Part shown: one piece after another, positions 26,960 to 34,848 of the stretch | Layout of the letters: each line of letters opens with the position of its first letter | Position numbering within the stretch: position 1 is the stretch's first letter | DNA from: Gammaproteobacteria bacterium | GTDB taxonomy: Bacteria > Pseudomonadota > Gammaproteobacteria > Ga0077536 | Direction: 5' to 3' | Length of the DNA: 64,000 nucleotides | NCBI GenBank assembly: GCA_020849475.1 | Contig: JADLGE010000034.1 | Span: 21,286-85,285 of the forward strand | Made by a program: the position numbers and the translations under genes | The notes under the pieces: generated by a model | What the model saw: the letters and a program-made list of their open reading frames with translations, nothing else | Told to the model about the DNA's origin: nothing | The model's database searches: none

Positions 26960-29072
26960 TGTTGATATCGGCGGAACGTTTACCGATTGCTTTCTCGCCT
27001 ACGACGGCAAGTACATCGAAGCGAAGGCGCTTACCACCCATCACAATCTGGCCTCGGGCTTCATGGAAGCCTTGGGCAATGCCTGTGGTGAATTGAATCT
27101 GTCGGTGCGCGACGTGTTGTCCTCGGTGGACGCCGTGCGCTACGCCACCACCTTGGGCACCAATGCGCTCATCGAGCGTAACGGTCCGCGCGTGGGTCTG
27201 GTGACGACCGCCGGCTACGAATCCTCGGTGCCGCTGATGCGTGCGCGGGGTTACGGCGACGGTCTCGACCACGCTGGTCAGACCGATCTGCCGGGCGCCG
27301 ACCGTCCGGTGCCGCTGGTGCCGATCCCGATGATCGTCGGCATCATGGAACGCATCGACTACAAGGGCGCGGTGTGCATGGAAGTCGACGACGAGGACGT
27401 GCGCAAAGCGGTGCGCAAGCTCGTCGACCAGGGCTGCCAGGCGTTCGTGGTGGCGCTCGTCAATGCGGTCGTCAACCCGGCCCATGAAAAGGAAGTCGAG
27501 CGCATCATCTTGAACGAGTACCCGACCCACGTGCTCGGTGCATTGCCGATCGTGTTGTCGCATCGCGTGGCCGGCCGCAAGGCGGAATATTCGCGCACCA
27601 TGTCGGCGATTCTGGATGCCTACCTGCATGACCAGATGTACCACGGCATGTCGACGCTCGAAGTCGCGCTGCGTGCCAACGGCTACTCGCGCCCGATGCT
27701 GCTGGTGCATAACACCTCGGGCATGGCGCAGTTGAATTCGACGCACTCGCTGCAGACCATTCATTCCGGTCCGGTCGCGGGCCTCGAAGCGACCGGCTAC
27801 CTGGCCGGCCAATTCAAGGAACCGAACGTCATCGCCACGGACATGGGCGGCACATCGTTCGACATCGGTCTCGTGACCTCGGACGGCGTCAAGTTCTACG
27901 ACTTCAACCCGGTCATCGACAGGTGGCTGGTGTCGACGCCGATGACCTATCTGCACACGCTCGGCGCCGGCGGTGGTTCCATCGCGCGTTATGACCGTCT
28001 GTGGGGCGCGGTGGAAGTCGGGCCGGAGTCAGCGGGTTCCGATCCGGGGCCGGCGTGCTACGCGCGTGGCGGCAAGCTGCCGACCACCACCGACGCCAAC
28101 CTCGTGCTCGGCTATCTCGATGAAGAGAACTACGCCGGCGGCACCATCAAGCTCAATCGTCGTCGCGCCGAGCGCGCCATCGAAGAGTATGTGGCCAAGC
28201 CGGCGGGGCTTTCCCTCATCGACGCGGCCAAGGCCATCAAGCGCAAAGTCGACGCCAACATGGCCTCGGCCATCTTCAAGGAAGTGGCGGTCAAGGGTTA
28301 CAACCCCAAGGACTTCGTGATCCTGTCCTATGGCGGCGGCGGACCGATTCATGCGTGCGGTTATGCCGCCGAGATCGGCGTGGCAAAGGTCTTGATTCCG
28401 CCGTTCAGCTCGGTGTTCTCCGCACTCGGCGCCGGCAACATGAACCAGCTGCACATCCATGAGAAATCGCTGTATCTCATGCTCTACGATGCGACCTTCC
28501 GCACCGTGCTGTCGGACTACACGACCTTCAATGAAACGGTGGTGGAACTCGAAGAGCGCGGTCGCGAAGATCTCATTCGCCAGAACGTGCCGGTGGAGAA
28601 GATCCAGACCCGTGTCGAACTCGACATGCGTTATGGCAACCAGCTTGCGCAGATCAGCGTCACCAGCCCGATTGCGCGTCTGACCACGCCGCACGACATC
28701 ATCACGCTGCTCGACCGTTTCAGCACCAACTACGCCCAACGCTTTGGCGAGGGCAGCCAGGCGCCGGAAGCGGGCGTGCGCATCAACGTGATTCGCGTGG
28801 TGTCTTTCGTCGAACACGACAAGCTGAGCCTGGAACGCTCGACTGCCTCTGACGCAGCCAAGCCGGTTGCGCGCAGCGAGCGGCCCTGCCACTTCCCGCA
28901 GCTTGCCGAACCGATGATGACGCCGGTCTACGATCACACGGCGGTGACCGATGGCATGACCGTGCCCGGCCCGGCCTTGATCGAAACGCCGCGCACGACC
29001 TATCTGGTCGAACCCGGCTGGACCTTGACCATGGGGCTGCTCGGCTCCGCGGTCATGGTCAAGAACGCTTGA
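26946..29072 (+). CDS. Hydantoinase/oxoprolinase A-type (HyuA) subunit, paralog 2 (708 aa)
   Basis: RVSVDIGGTFTDCFL and IATDMGGTSFDIGLV are present. It overlaps the end of the gamma gene by 14 nt. Confidence 0.8.
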   Translation: MRRVSVDIGGTFTDCFLAYDGKYIEAKALTTHHNLASGFMEALGNACGELNLSVRDVLSSVDAVRYATTLGTNALIERNGPRVGLVTTAGYESSVPLMRARGYGDGLDHAGQTDLPGADRPVPLVPIPMIVGIMERIDYKGAVCMEVDDEDVRKAVRKLVDQGCQAFVVALVNAVVNPAHEKEVERIILNEYPTHVLGALPIVLSHRVAGRKAEYSRTMSAILDAYLHDQMYHGMSTLEVALRANGYSRPMLLVHNTSGMAQLNSTHSLQTIHSGPVAGLEATGYLAGQFKEPNVIATDMGGTSFDIGLVTSDGVKFYDFNPVIDRWLVSTPMTYLHTLGAGGGSIARYDRLWGAVEVGPESAGSDPGPACYARGGKLPTTTDANLVLGYLDEENYAGGTIKLNRRRAERAIEEYVAKPAGLSLIDAAKAIKRKVDANMASAIFKEVAVKGYNPKDFVILSYGGGGPIHACGYAAEIGVAKVLIPPFSSVFSALGAGNMNQLHIHEKSLYLMLYDATFRTVLSDYTTFNETVVELEERGREDLIRQNVPVEKIQTRVELDMRYGNQLAQISVTSPIARLTTPHDIITLLDRFSTNYAQRFGEGSQAPEAGVRINVIRVVSFVEHDKLSLERSTASDAAKPVARSERPCHFPQLAEPMMTPVYDHTAVTDGMTVPGPALIETPRTTYLVEPGWTLTMGLLGSAVMVKNA

Positions 29073-29105
29073 AACAACTGAAGGTCCCGCGCGGGAGGAT
29101 TAGAC

Positions 29106-31340
29106 ATGGGTGGCGATAAAGAAAAATCAGTCATCGAGAAGTTTCTCGAAGACAACGTACTTTTTCTCGGCCCCGATCCGGAAATCATGGAAAGCCACAA
29201 GATGGCGCCGATTTCGGAGCGTGAAGAAAAGGCGATGGCAGGCTTCAGCAATGCTGACCAGATCAACCTGGTCCGGCACAAGCTGCAGACCGCGTGCAAC
29301 GAATCGTTCGACATGGTCGAGCAGATGGGTGCGGCGCCGGGCGCCAAATGGGGCGATTTGATCTCAGGCGTGTGGACCATGCATGGCGATCTCGCCATGG
29401 CGTCCATGGGCGGCGTGCTGATCTTCTCGGTGCTGACCCAGCATCCGGTGAAGTTCATCCTGAAATACTGGAAAGATGATCCGACGGTCGGCATCCGCCC
29501 CGGCGACATCTTCATGCACAACGATGCGCGCTACGGCAACATCCACAACACCGATCAGAGCCTGATCATTCCGGTCTTCCATGAAGGCGAACTGATCTGC
29601 TTCACCGGCGCCATCGTGCACGAAGGCGAGAACGGCGCCTGCGAACCGGGCGGCATGCCGTCGGCGGCGGAATCGCCGTTCGATGAAGGACTCAAGATGT
29701 CGCCGTTCAAGGTCGGCGAGAACTACGAGTTCCGTCGCGACATCATGACCTTCCTGCAGAACTCGGTGCGCGAGCCCAAGCTGCAGCTCGAAGGCATGAA
29801 ATCGAAGCTGTTCGCCGCCATGCGCATGGAAGTGCGCGTGCGCGACGCGATTGCGGAATACGGCGTCGATGCGGTGGTCGCGACCCTGCGCAAGACGCTG
29901 GTCGACACCGAGCAGGAGACCCGCCGTCGCCTTTCCACCTGGCCCGATGGCACGGTGCGCACCAATCTCTTCGCCGACGGCACGCTGCGCGAGAATTGTC
30001 TGATCAAGATTCGCTGCGAACTCGAAAAGCGTGGCGATGAATTGATCATCGATTTCCGCGGCTCGTCTCCAGAGTTTTTGAACCGCGCCAACAATACCGT
30101 GCTGGCGTCGTTGAAGGGCATGCTGGCGCAGGAGTTCCTGAGTTTCGTATGGCCGGATCTGCCGCGCAACCAGGCGGTGTTCGCGCCCATCAGCCTCAGG
30201 ACCGACAGGCGTTCGGCCCTGCATTGCTCGCCTGACGCGCCGAATGCGCAGAGCATGATGACCTTCTTTCCGAGCTTCACCGCCGTGCAGATAGGCGTGC
30301 CGAAGTTCCTTTACAGCGCCGGTCATCGCGCCACCGACGTTATCGCCGGCTGGTACAACATGATCGTCACCTTCCTCTATGGTGGCGTGAATCAGTACGG
30401 TGAACTGGTAGGCAACGTGTGCGCCGATTTGAACGGCATGGGTGGCGCCGCGCGCTGGAACCGCGACGGTGAGCATTCAATCGCGCCGATCTTCGCGCCG
30501 ATGGCGGACATCGGTGAGCAGGAGCTCATCGAAGAAGAAGTGCCGCTCATGAAGATCGTGCCGCACAAGCTCATGCGTGATGCCAACGGCTACGGCAAGT
30601 TCCGTGGTGGCCACGGCTATCAGCAGATAGCGACCATGAAAGACAGTTCCATGTGGGGCTACATGTGCTGCTCCATCGGCTCGAAATTCCCGTCGACCAT
30701 GGGCATCTTCGGCGGCTACGCACCGGGCTGCTACCCGCTGTGCAAGGTCAAGGGCGTCAACGTTTTTGAAGAGATGAAAGATCATCGTGATCTGCTGCGC
30801 TTCACGGTCGAGGAGATCATGAACGAGCAGCCCTTCAAGGGCGCCAAGTACTCCACTCATCACATGGGCCTGCAGCTCGAATTCGCGCAGCCGGGCGAAC
30901 TGTACATGATCACCCAAGGTTCGGGTGGCGGTTACGGCGACGTGCTGGAGCGTGAACCGGAAGCGGTGTCGCGTGAGTATCTGGACGATCTCATTTCGAT
31001 GAATACCGTGACCAACATCTACCACGTCGTGCTCGATGCCGAGAGCGGCGCCGTGGATGTGGCCGCCACCACCGCCAAGCGCGAAGCAGAGCGCGCCAAG
31101 CGCAAGAAGCTCGGCAAGCCATATAAGGAGTTTGTGAAGGGCTGGGAAACCGAGCATCCGCCGGAAGGCGTGCCGTATTACGGTTCGTGGAAGGATCGCA
31201 GCCTCATCTATCGTGGCTCGAAAGACGATACCTGCCCGGCCGACAATATCGTGGCGGTCATGATGCGTGACCCCAAGGATGTGCGTATCGAGAAGCTCGA
31301 GGCAGAACTCGCGGCGGCTCGCGCGCAGGCCAAGGGCTGA
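29106..31340 (+). CDS. Hydantoinase B / acetone-carboxylase-alpha-type catalytic subunit (744 aa)
   Basis: PGDIFMHNDARYGNIHNTDQSLIIPVFHEGELICFTGAIVHEGENG is the HyuB core, and KFRGGHGY occurs near the C-terminal third. Confidence 0.8.
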   Translation: MGGDKEKSVIEKFLEDNVLFLGPDPEIMESHKMAPISEREEKAMAGFSNADQINLVRHKLQTACNESFDMVEQMGAAPGAKWGDLISGVWTMHGDLAMASMGGVLIFSVLTQHPVKFILKYWKDDPTVGIRPGDIFMHNDARYGNIHNTDQSLIIPVFHEGELICFTGAIVHEGENGACEPGGMPSAAESPFDEGLKMSPFKVGENYEFRRDIMTFLQNSVREPKLQLEGMKSKLFAAMRMEVRVRDAIAEYGVDAVVATLRKTLVDTEQETRRRLSTWPDGTVRTNLFADGTLRENCLIKIRCELEKRGDELIIDFRGSSPEFLNRANNTVLASLKGMLAQEFLSFVWPDLPRNQAVFAPISLRTDRRSALHCSPDAPNAQSMMTFFPSFTAVQIGVPKFLYSAGHRATDVIAGWYNMIVTFLYGGVNQYGELVGNVCADLNGMGGAARWNRDGEHSIAPIFAPMADIGEQELIEEEVPLMKIVPHKLMRDANGYGKFRGGHGYQQIATMKDSSMWGYMCCSIGSKFPSTMGIFGGYAPGCYPLCKVKGVNVFEEMKDHRDLLRFTVEEIMNEQPFKGAKYSTHHMGLQLEFAQPGELYMITQGSGGGYGDVLEREPEAVSREYLDDLISMNTVTNIYHVVLDAESGAVDVAATTAKREAERAKRKKLGKPYKEFVKGWETEHPPEGVPYYGSWKDRSLIYRGSKDDTCPADNIVAVMMRDPKDVRIEKLEAELAAARAQAKG

Positions 31341-31380
31341 CAGGCAAGCGCCGCCCGCGGGCGGCAAGGCGGATAGGGCG

Positions 31381-32190
31381 ATGGCGACAGGACTGCTGAA
31401 AACCTGGCTGGCGCAGCGTGATTCAACGCTGCGCTGGATTGAATTCGAGGCCTATGCGCGTCGCGTGTTCGCCAACAATCCTGCTGATTGGTACCGCGAC
31501 CCGGTGCGTTATGCAGCGACCTTGATTCAAGCCCAGGGCGTGGTCGGCAGTCACTGCGTGAGTATCGACATCACCGCACCGTTCATGGCGGCGCACGATG
31601 GTGGCGAACTGCCTGCGCTGTTCGCCGCGAGTGCGCCCTTCGACTTCGTCAGCGAAGCTTTGAACGCCTTGACGCACCGCTTTGAGGGGCGCCTCGACTT
31701 GGTGTTGAAGATGACTGCGCCGTGGGATCTGCTGGGCGGCGGCGACGACGCCTCGTTCGATGCAATGGACGACCTCGGTACGGCGCTCGCGGCCTGCATG
31801 CGGCGTTTCTCTGACCGGCCGGTCGCCGGACTGCTGCTGGAAACGGCGCGTATCGAAACGCTGTCCGCCGACGAAATCGATGCCTACGAACCTTTGGTCA
31901 GCGCCGCTCGCCACTACGGGTGGGTGACGGCCATGGCCCTGCCTGCTGACCGCCACGGCGCAGTGGCGTCGGTGGGGCTCGATCTCGATGTATTGCTGTG
32001 GCCGCAACTGGCGCTCGACGCGATTCCTGCCGCTGGCGGCAAGCCGGCCCACGGCGGTGGGCTGAATGACGATGTGTGGTCGGCTGCCGCGGTAGTGCCC
32101 ACAGGCGCGCAAGCGCTGCTCTACGGCGTCATTCCCGCGACTGCCACCCCCGAAACCATCATCTCAATCACCGGCGCGTTCAAAGCCTGA
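31381..32190 (+). CDS. Hypothetical 269-aa protein, fifth gene of the carboxylase cluster
   Basis: ATG at 31381 lies 41 nt after the HyuB stop. Codon usage is GC3-rich and I recognised no domain. The 3' end overlaps the convergent TetR gene by 27 nt. Confidence 0.55.
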   Translation: MATGLLKTWLAQRDSTLRWIEFEAYARRVFANNPADWYRDPVRYAATLIQAQGVVGSHCVSIDITAPFMAAHDGGELPALFAASAPFDFVSEALNALTHRFEGRLDLVLKMTAPWDLLGGGDDASFDAMDDLGTALAACMRRFSDRPVAGLLLETARIETLSADEIDAYEPLVSAARHYGWVTAMALPADRHGAVASVGLDLDVLLWPQLALDAIPAAGGKPAHGGGLNDDVWSAAAVVPTGAQALLYGVIPATATPETIISITGAFKA

Positions 32191-32826
32191 GGCCTCGCGT
32201 CGGCTGACAGTCTCCCGGGCGTGCTCGTCGAACGGCGTCAAGGCCGCCAGCAGCATGCTGTACAACTCGTCGAAAGCCTCTGAGATCGTCAGATCGGTCG
32301 ACTCGTAGAAGTCCGGTTCGCGCAGGCGATTGATGCTTGCGAAAACCACTTCCGCCACGAACGCTGGCGGTATCTCACGGAACACGCCGGCGCGGGTGCC
32401 GCTGTCGATCAGTTTCGAGAGCCCTTCGACACGTAGCCGCACATGGTCTTGCCAGATGGCGCGGGCCGGCGGCCAGCGATGGATGTCCGTGACCGTCGTG
32501 GCGCTCAGATTTTCGGCGGCGCGCACGCCGGCCTGGAGGTAGGCGTAGATGCGCTGCTGGGCATCGGACGCGTGCTCGCATGCGTTCGCCGCATCGCGTC
32601 GAATGCGCGCAAAAAAGCGTTGCAGTACCAGTAGCACCAGTTCCCGTTTACTCGGCGCAAGCTCGTAGAGCGTTCGCTTCGAACAACTCAGGCGGGTGGC
32701 GATCTCCGACACGCCGAGGTCGGCGAATCCTTCGCGCAACACCATGTCCTCGAGCGCGTCAAGCAGTTCACAGCCGCGTTTGCTCAGCGTGACCGGCAGC
32801 GTCGTTGATAGCGGAGTAGTAGACAC
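32164..32826 (-). CDS. TetR-family transcriptional regulator
   Basis: The HTH region is LREGFADLGVSEIATRLSCSKRTLYELAPSKRELV, followed by a helical ligand domain. There is no in-frame ATG upstream of the HTH, so I chose GTG at 32826 (residue 151 of the 370-aa track ORF). The start is uncertain. Confidence 0.7.
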   Translation of the reverse strand: MSTTPLSTTLPVTLSKRGCELLDALEDMVLREGFADLGVSEIATRLSCSKRTLYELAPSKRELVLLVLQRFFARIRRDAANACEHASDAQQRIYAYLQAGVRAAENLSATTVTDIHRWPPARAIWQDHVRLRVEGLSKLIDSGTRAGVFREIPPAFVAEVVFASINRLREPDFYESTDLTISEAFDELYSMLLAALTPFDEHARETVSRREASGFERAGD

Positions 32827-33004
32827 CGTCGTTTGCAATGGTGATTGTGGACAGATGATAGCCCATCGTGACGGCAGTCCTGTGTGTACCGTGATCCCTG
32901 TGTGCACGAATCCGGCACACGGTTCGCGAGAGTTCTGGCCAGCGCTCTCCGGCACGCCCTCGTGTGTGCCGTAGGTCGTTAAATTGTTTACGAAAATTAG
33001 TTGA

Positions 33005-33033
33005 TTGACACGTGTATCCCCCACCCCTATATT
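33005..33033 (+). promoter_or_regulatory. Strong sigma70-type promoter candidate facing the BNR/DUF1302 cluster
   Basis: TTGACA (33005-33010), an exact 17-nt spacer, then TATATT (33028-33033). It sits in a locally AT-richer tract of the tetR-BNR divergent intergenic region and implies a leader of about 370 nt before ATG 33411. Confidence 0.5.
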
Positions 33034-33410
33034 CGCCCGGATAGTGCTTTGCAGGGGAACTTGTCTTACATCCATTCCGGTATCTGACGGGCGCCGTTGA
33101 ATCTGTGATAATCCGGACGGGATGGTCGTGGGTGCGCGAGTAGACCCGGTGCCATGCCGGGATGGTCGTGACGGCGAACACACGATGCTGCGTGTCGTGG
33201 AAGATATCGAATCACAAGGTTTCGCCCGGTCGCCGGTTCTTGCAGGACCACGGACTGTCGGGCACAGGGGAGTCAATCACAATGTATAGCCCAAGCTTCA
33301 TTCGAAGCGGCTGCGGGTGCGAGCAATGCACCGACCAAATTTCCGCCGTTGCCGCGCCGCGCGCGCGCCACGCTCTATAAATCCAATTATTTCAGCCGAG
33401 TCCAAACACA

Positions 33411-34475
33411 ATGAACAAGCTCATTCGTTCTTGCCGTCGTTACGCATCGCTGGCGGCTGTTCTGTCCTGCTCCGCCATGCTGGCCATGCCAGCCCTGGCC
33501 GAAGAGGCGCCGGCCGCAGCAGCGCCGGAAGCAGCCGCCCAGGAGCAGCCCGCCGCTGACCAGACCGTTGAAGTGGTGCGCACCGGCATTCCGCATGACG
33601 CGCTGTTTGCACTGGACATGAAGGGCCCGTGGGGTCTCGCCGTCGGCAACTTCGGCCTCATGCTCGAGACCAAGGACGCTGGCGCCAAATGGGAAACCTT
33701 GCCGGCCAAGACCTCACTCGGCTTGCTCGGCGCCAAGCGCGCCGGTGACCACCAGGTGGTGGTCGGTCAGCAGGGTCTGGTCATGACCCGCAACGGCGAC
33801 GGCGAATGGACCGAAGTGAAGAGCGGCTTCGACAAGCGTCTGCTCAACGTCGACATGAACGAAGCTGGCCTCGCCGTCACCGTCGGTGAATTCGGTTTCG
33901 TCGGGCGTTCCAAGGACTTCGGTGCGACCTGGGAACCGGTCACCATCAACTGGTCCGATTTCAACAATGAAGGCTACGAGCCGCACCTGTACGGCGTCAT
34001 CGTCACCGCCGAGGGTGCGATCATGGTGGCCGGCGAGTTCGGCCTGATCCTGCGCTCCGATGACGGCGGCGACACCTGGCACGTGGTTAACAAGGGTGAA
34101 GAATCGATTTTCTACATGGCGTTGGCGCGCGACGGCAGCAATTCCGGTTACGCGGTTGGCCAGGAAGGCTTGATTCTCAAGACCACCGACGGTGGTGCGA
34201 CCTGGGCCCGCATCAAGGCGGACACCAATGCCAACCTGTTGGGCGTGTGGTCGGGCAATGGCGAGGTCGTGATTGTCGGCATCCGCCAGATGCTTCGCAG
34301 CAGCGATGATGGCGCGACCTTCAGCACCTCGACGGACGTCGGCATCGTGCGCACCTGGTTCCAGGGCATCGCCGCGGGCGTGTCCGAAACCAAGGCCGGT
34401 GAGAAGGGTTTCCTGCGCCAGCAGAACGTCTTCGTGGCAGGCTATCGCGGCACCATCGCGCGCGTCGTGAAGTAA
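33411..34475 (+). CDS. Secreted BNR/Asp-box beta-propeller (YCF48 / photosystem-II-assembly-factor-like)
   Basis: Signal peptide ...SAMLAMPALAEE. Repeated Asp-box motifs are present: KDAGAKW, KDFGATW, DDGGDTW, TDGGATW, SDDGATF. Confidence 0.8.
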   Translation: MNKLIRSCRRYASLAAVLSCSAMLAMPALAEEAPAAAAPEAAAQEQPAADQTVEVVRTGIPHDALFALDMKGPWGLAVGNFGLMLETKDAGAKWETLPAKTSLGLLGAKRAGDHQVVVGQQGLVMTRNGDGEWTEVKSGFDKRLLNVDMNEAGLAVTVGEFGFVGRSKDFGATWEPVTINWSDFNNEGYEPHLYGVIVTAEGAIMVAGEFGLILRSDDGGDTWHVVNKGEESIFYMALARDGSNSGYAVGQEGLILKTTDGGATWARIKADTNANLLGVWSGNGEVVIVGIRQMLRSSDDGATFSTSTDVGIVRTWFQGIAAGVSETKAGEKGFLRQQNVFVAGYRGTIARVVK

Positions 34476-34500
34476 TCAATCCCGCACATAGCTCTCCGCT

Positions 34501-34529
34501 CGACGCGGCCGGCGACCCCGGCCGCGTCG
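34501..34529 (+). terminator. Hairpin after the BNR gene (possible terminator or attenuator)
   Basis: A perfect 12-bp stem CGACGCGGCCGG/CCGGCCGCGTCG with a 5-nt loop lies 26 nt after the stop. The trailing T-tract is weak (TCGTTTCC). Confidence 0.45.
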
Positions 34530-34679
34530 TCGTTTCCACACCCTGAAAATCCCGTTCTGCCTGGTACCGGGCACCCTGGTTGGCGCGCCTGCCCGTCTCC
34601 TCTTTCAATTCCTGTCCGATTTTCGCAACAAATAACCTGCATTAGCGGTGCGAATTTCCAACTTACTGGCCGATAAGCA

Positions 34680-34710
34680 TTGACAGCTATTTTGAAATGG
34701 CTCGTAATAT
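34680..34710 (+). promoter_or_regulatory. Sigma70-type promoter candidate for DUF1302 copy 1
   Basis: TTGACA (34680-34685) with CGTAAT at 17 nt or TAATAT at 19 nt (34703-34710). It is followed by the direct repeat TCTGAATA (34717-34724 and 34736-34743) and a perfect 12-bp palindrome GAATAATTATTC (34739-34750). Confidence 0.35.
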
Positions 34711-34848
34711 CAGATGTCTGAATAGTCATTCGAATTCTGAATAATTATTCTATTTTCTGAGTGCGTTGCGAATTTGCCACAGCAAAGCCGCAGTCCGAGC
34801 ACAGCGGGGGTTCCGCAGCAGACTTATCGCGTTACAGAGGAGAGTGGA

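Noticed and set aside
24660-31340. Annotating the cluster simply as acetone carboxylase (acxABC), hydantoinase (hyuAB) or 5-oxoprolinase.
   Set aside because: Two distinct HyuA-type paralogs plus a gamma-type Zn-ribbon subunit do not fit the acxABC subunit set. The presence of a gamma subunit does not fit hydantoinase or oxoprolinase. The subunit inventory fits the acetophenone-carboxylase type, but the substrate cannot be inferred.
33040-33410. Calling the long BNR-gene leader a cobalamin riboswitch.
   Set aside because: I found only scattered short resemblances to conserved riboswitch strings. There is no convincing B12 box (the closest is GCAGGACCACGGAC) and I could not establish the paired regions by eye. 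I kept it as an open question in the findings rather than as a feature.
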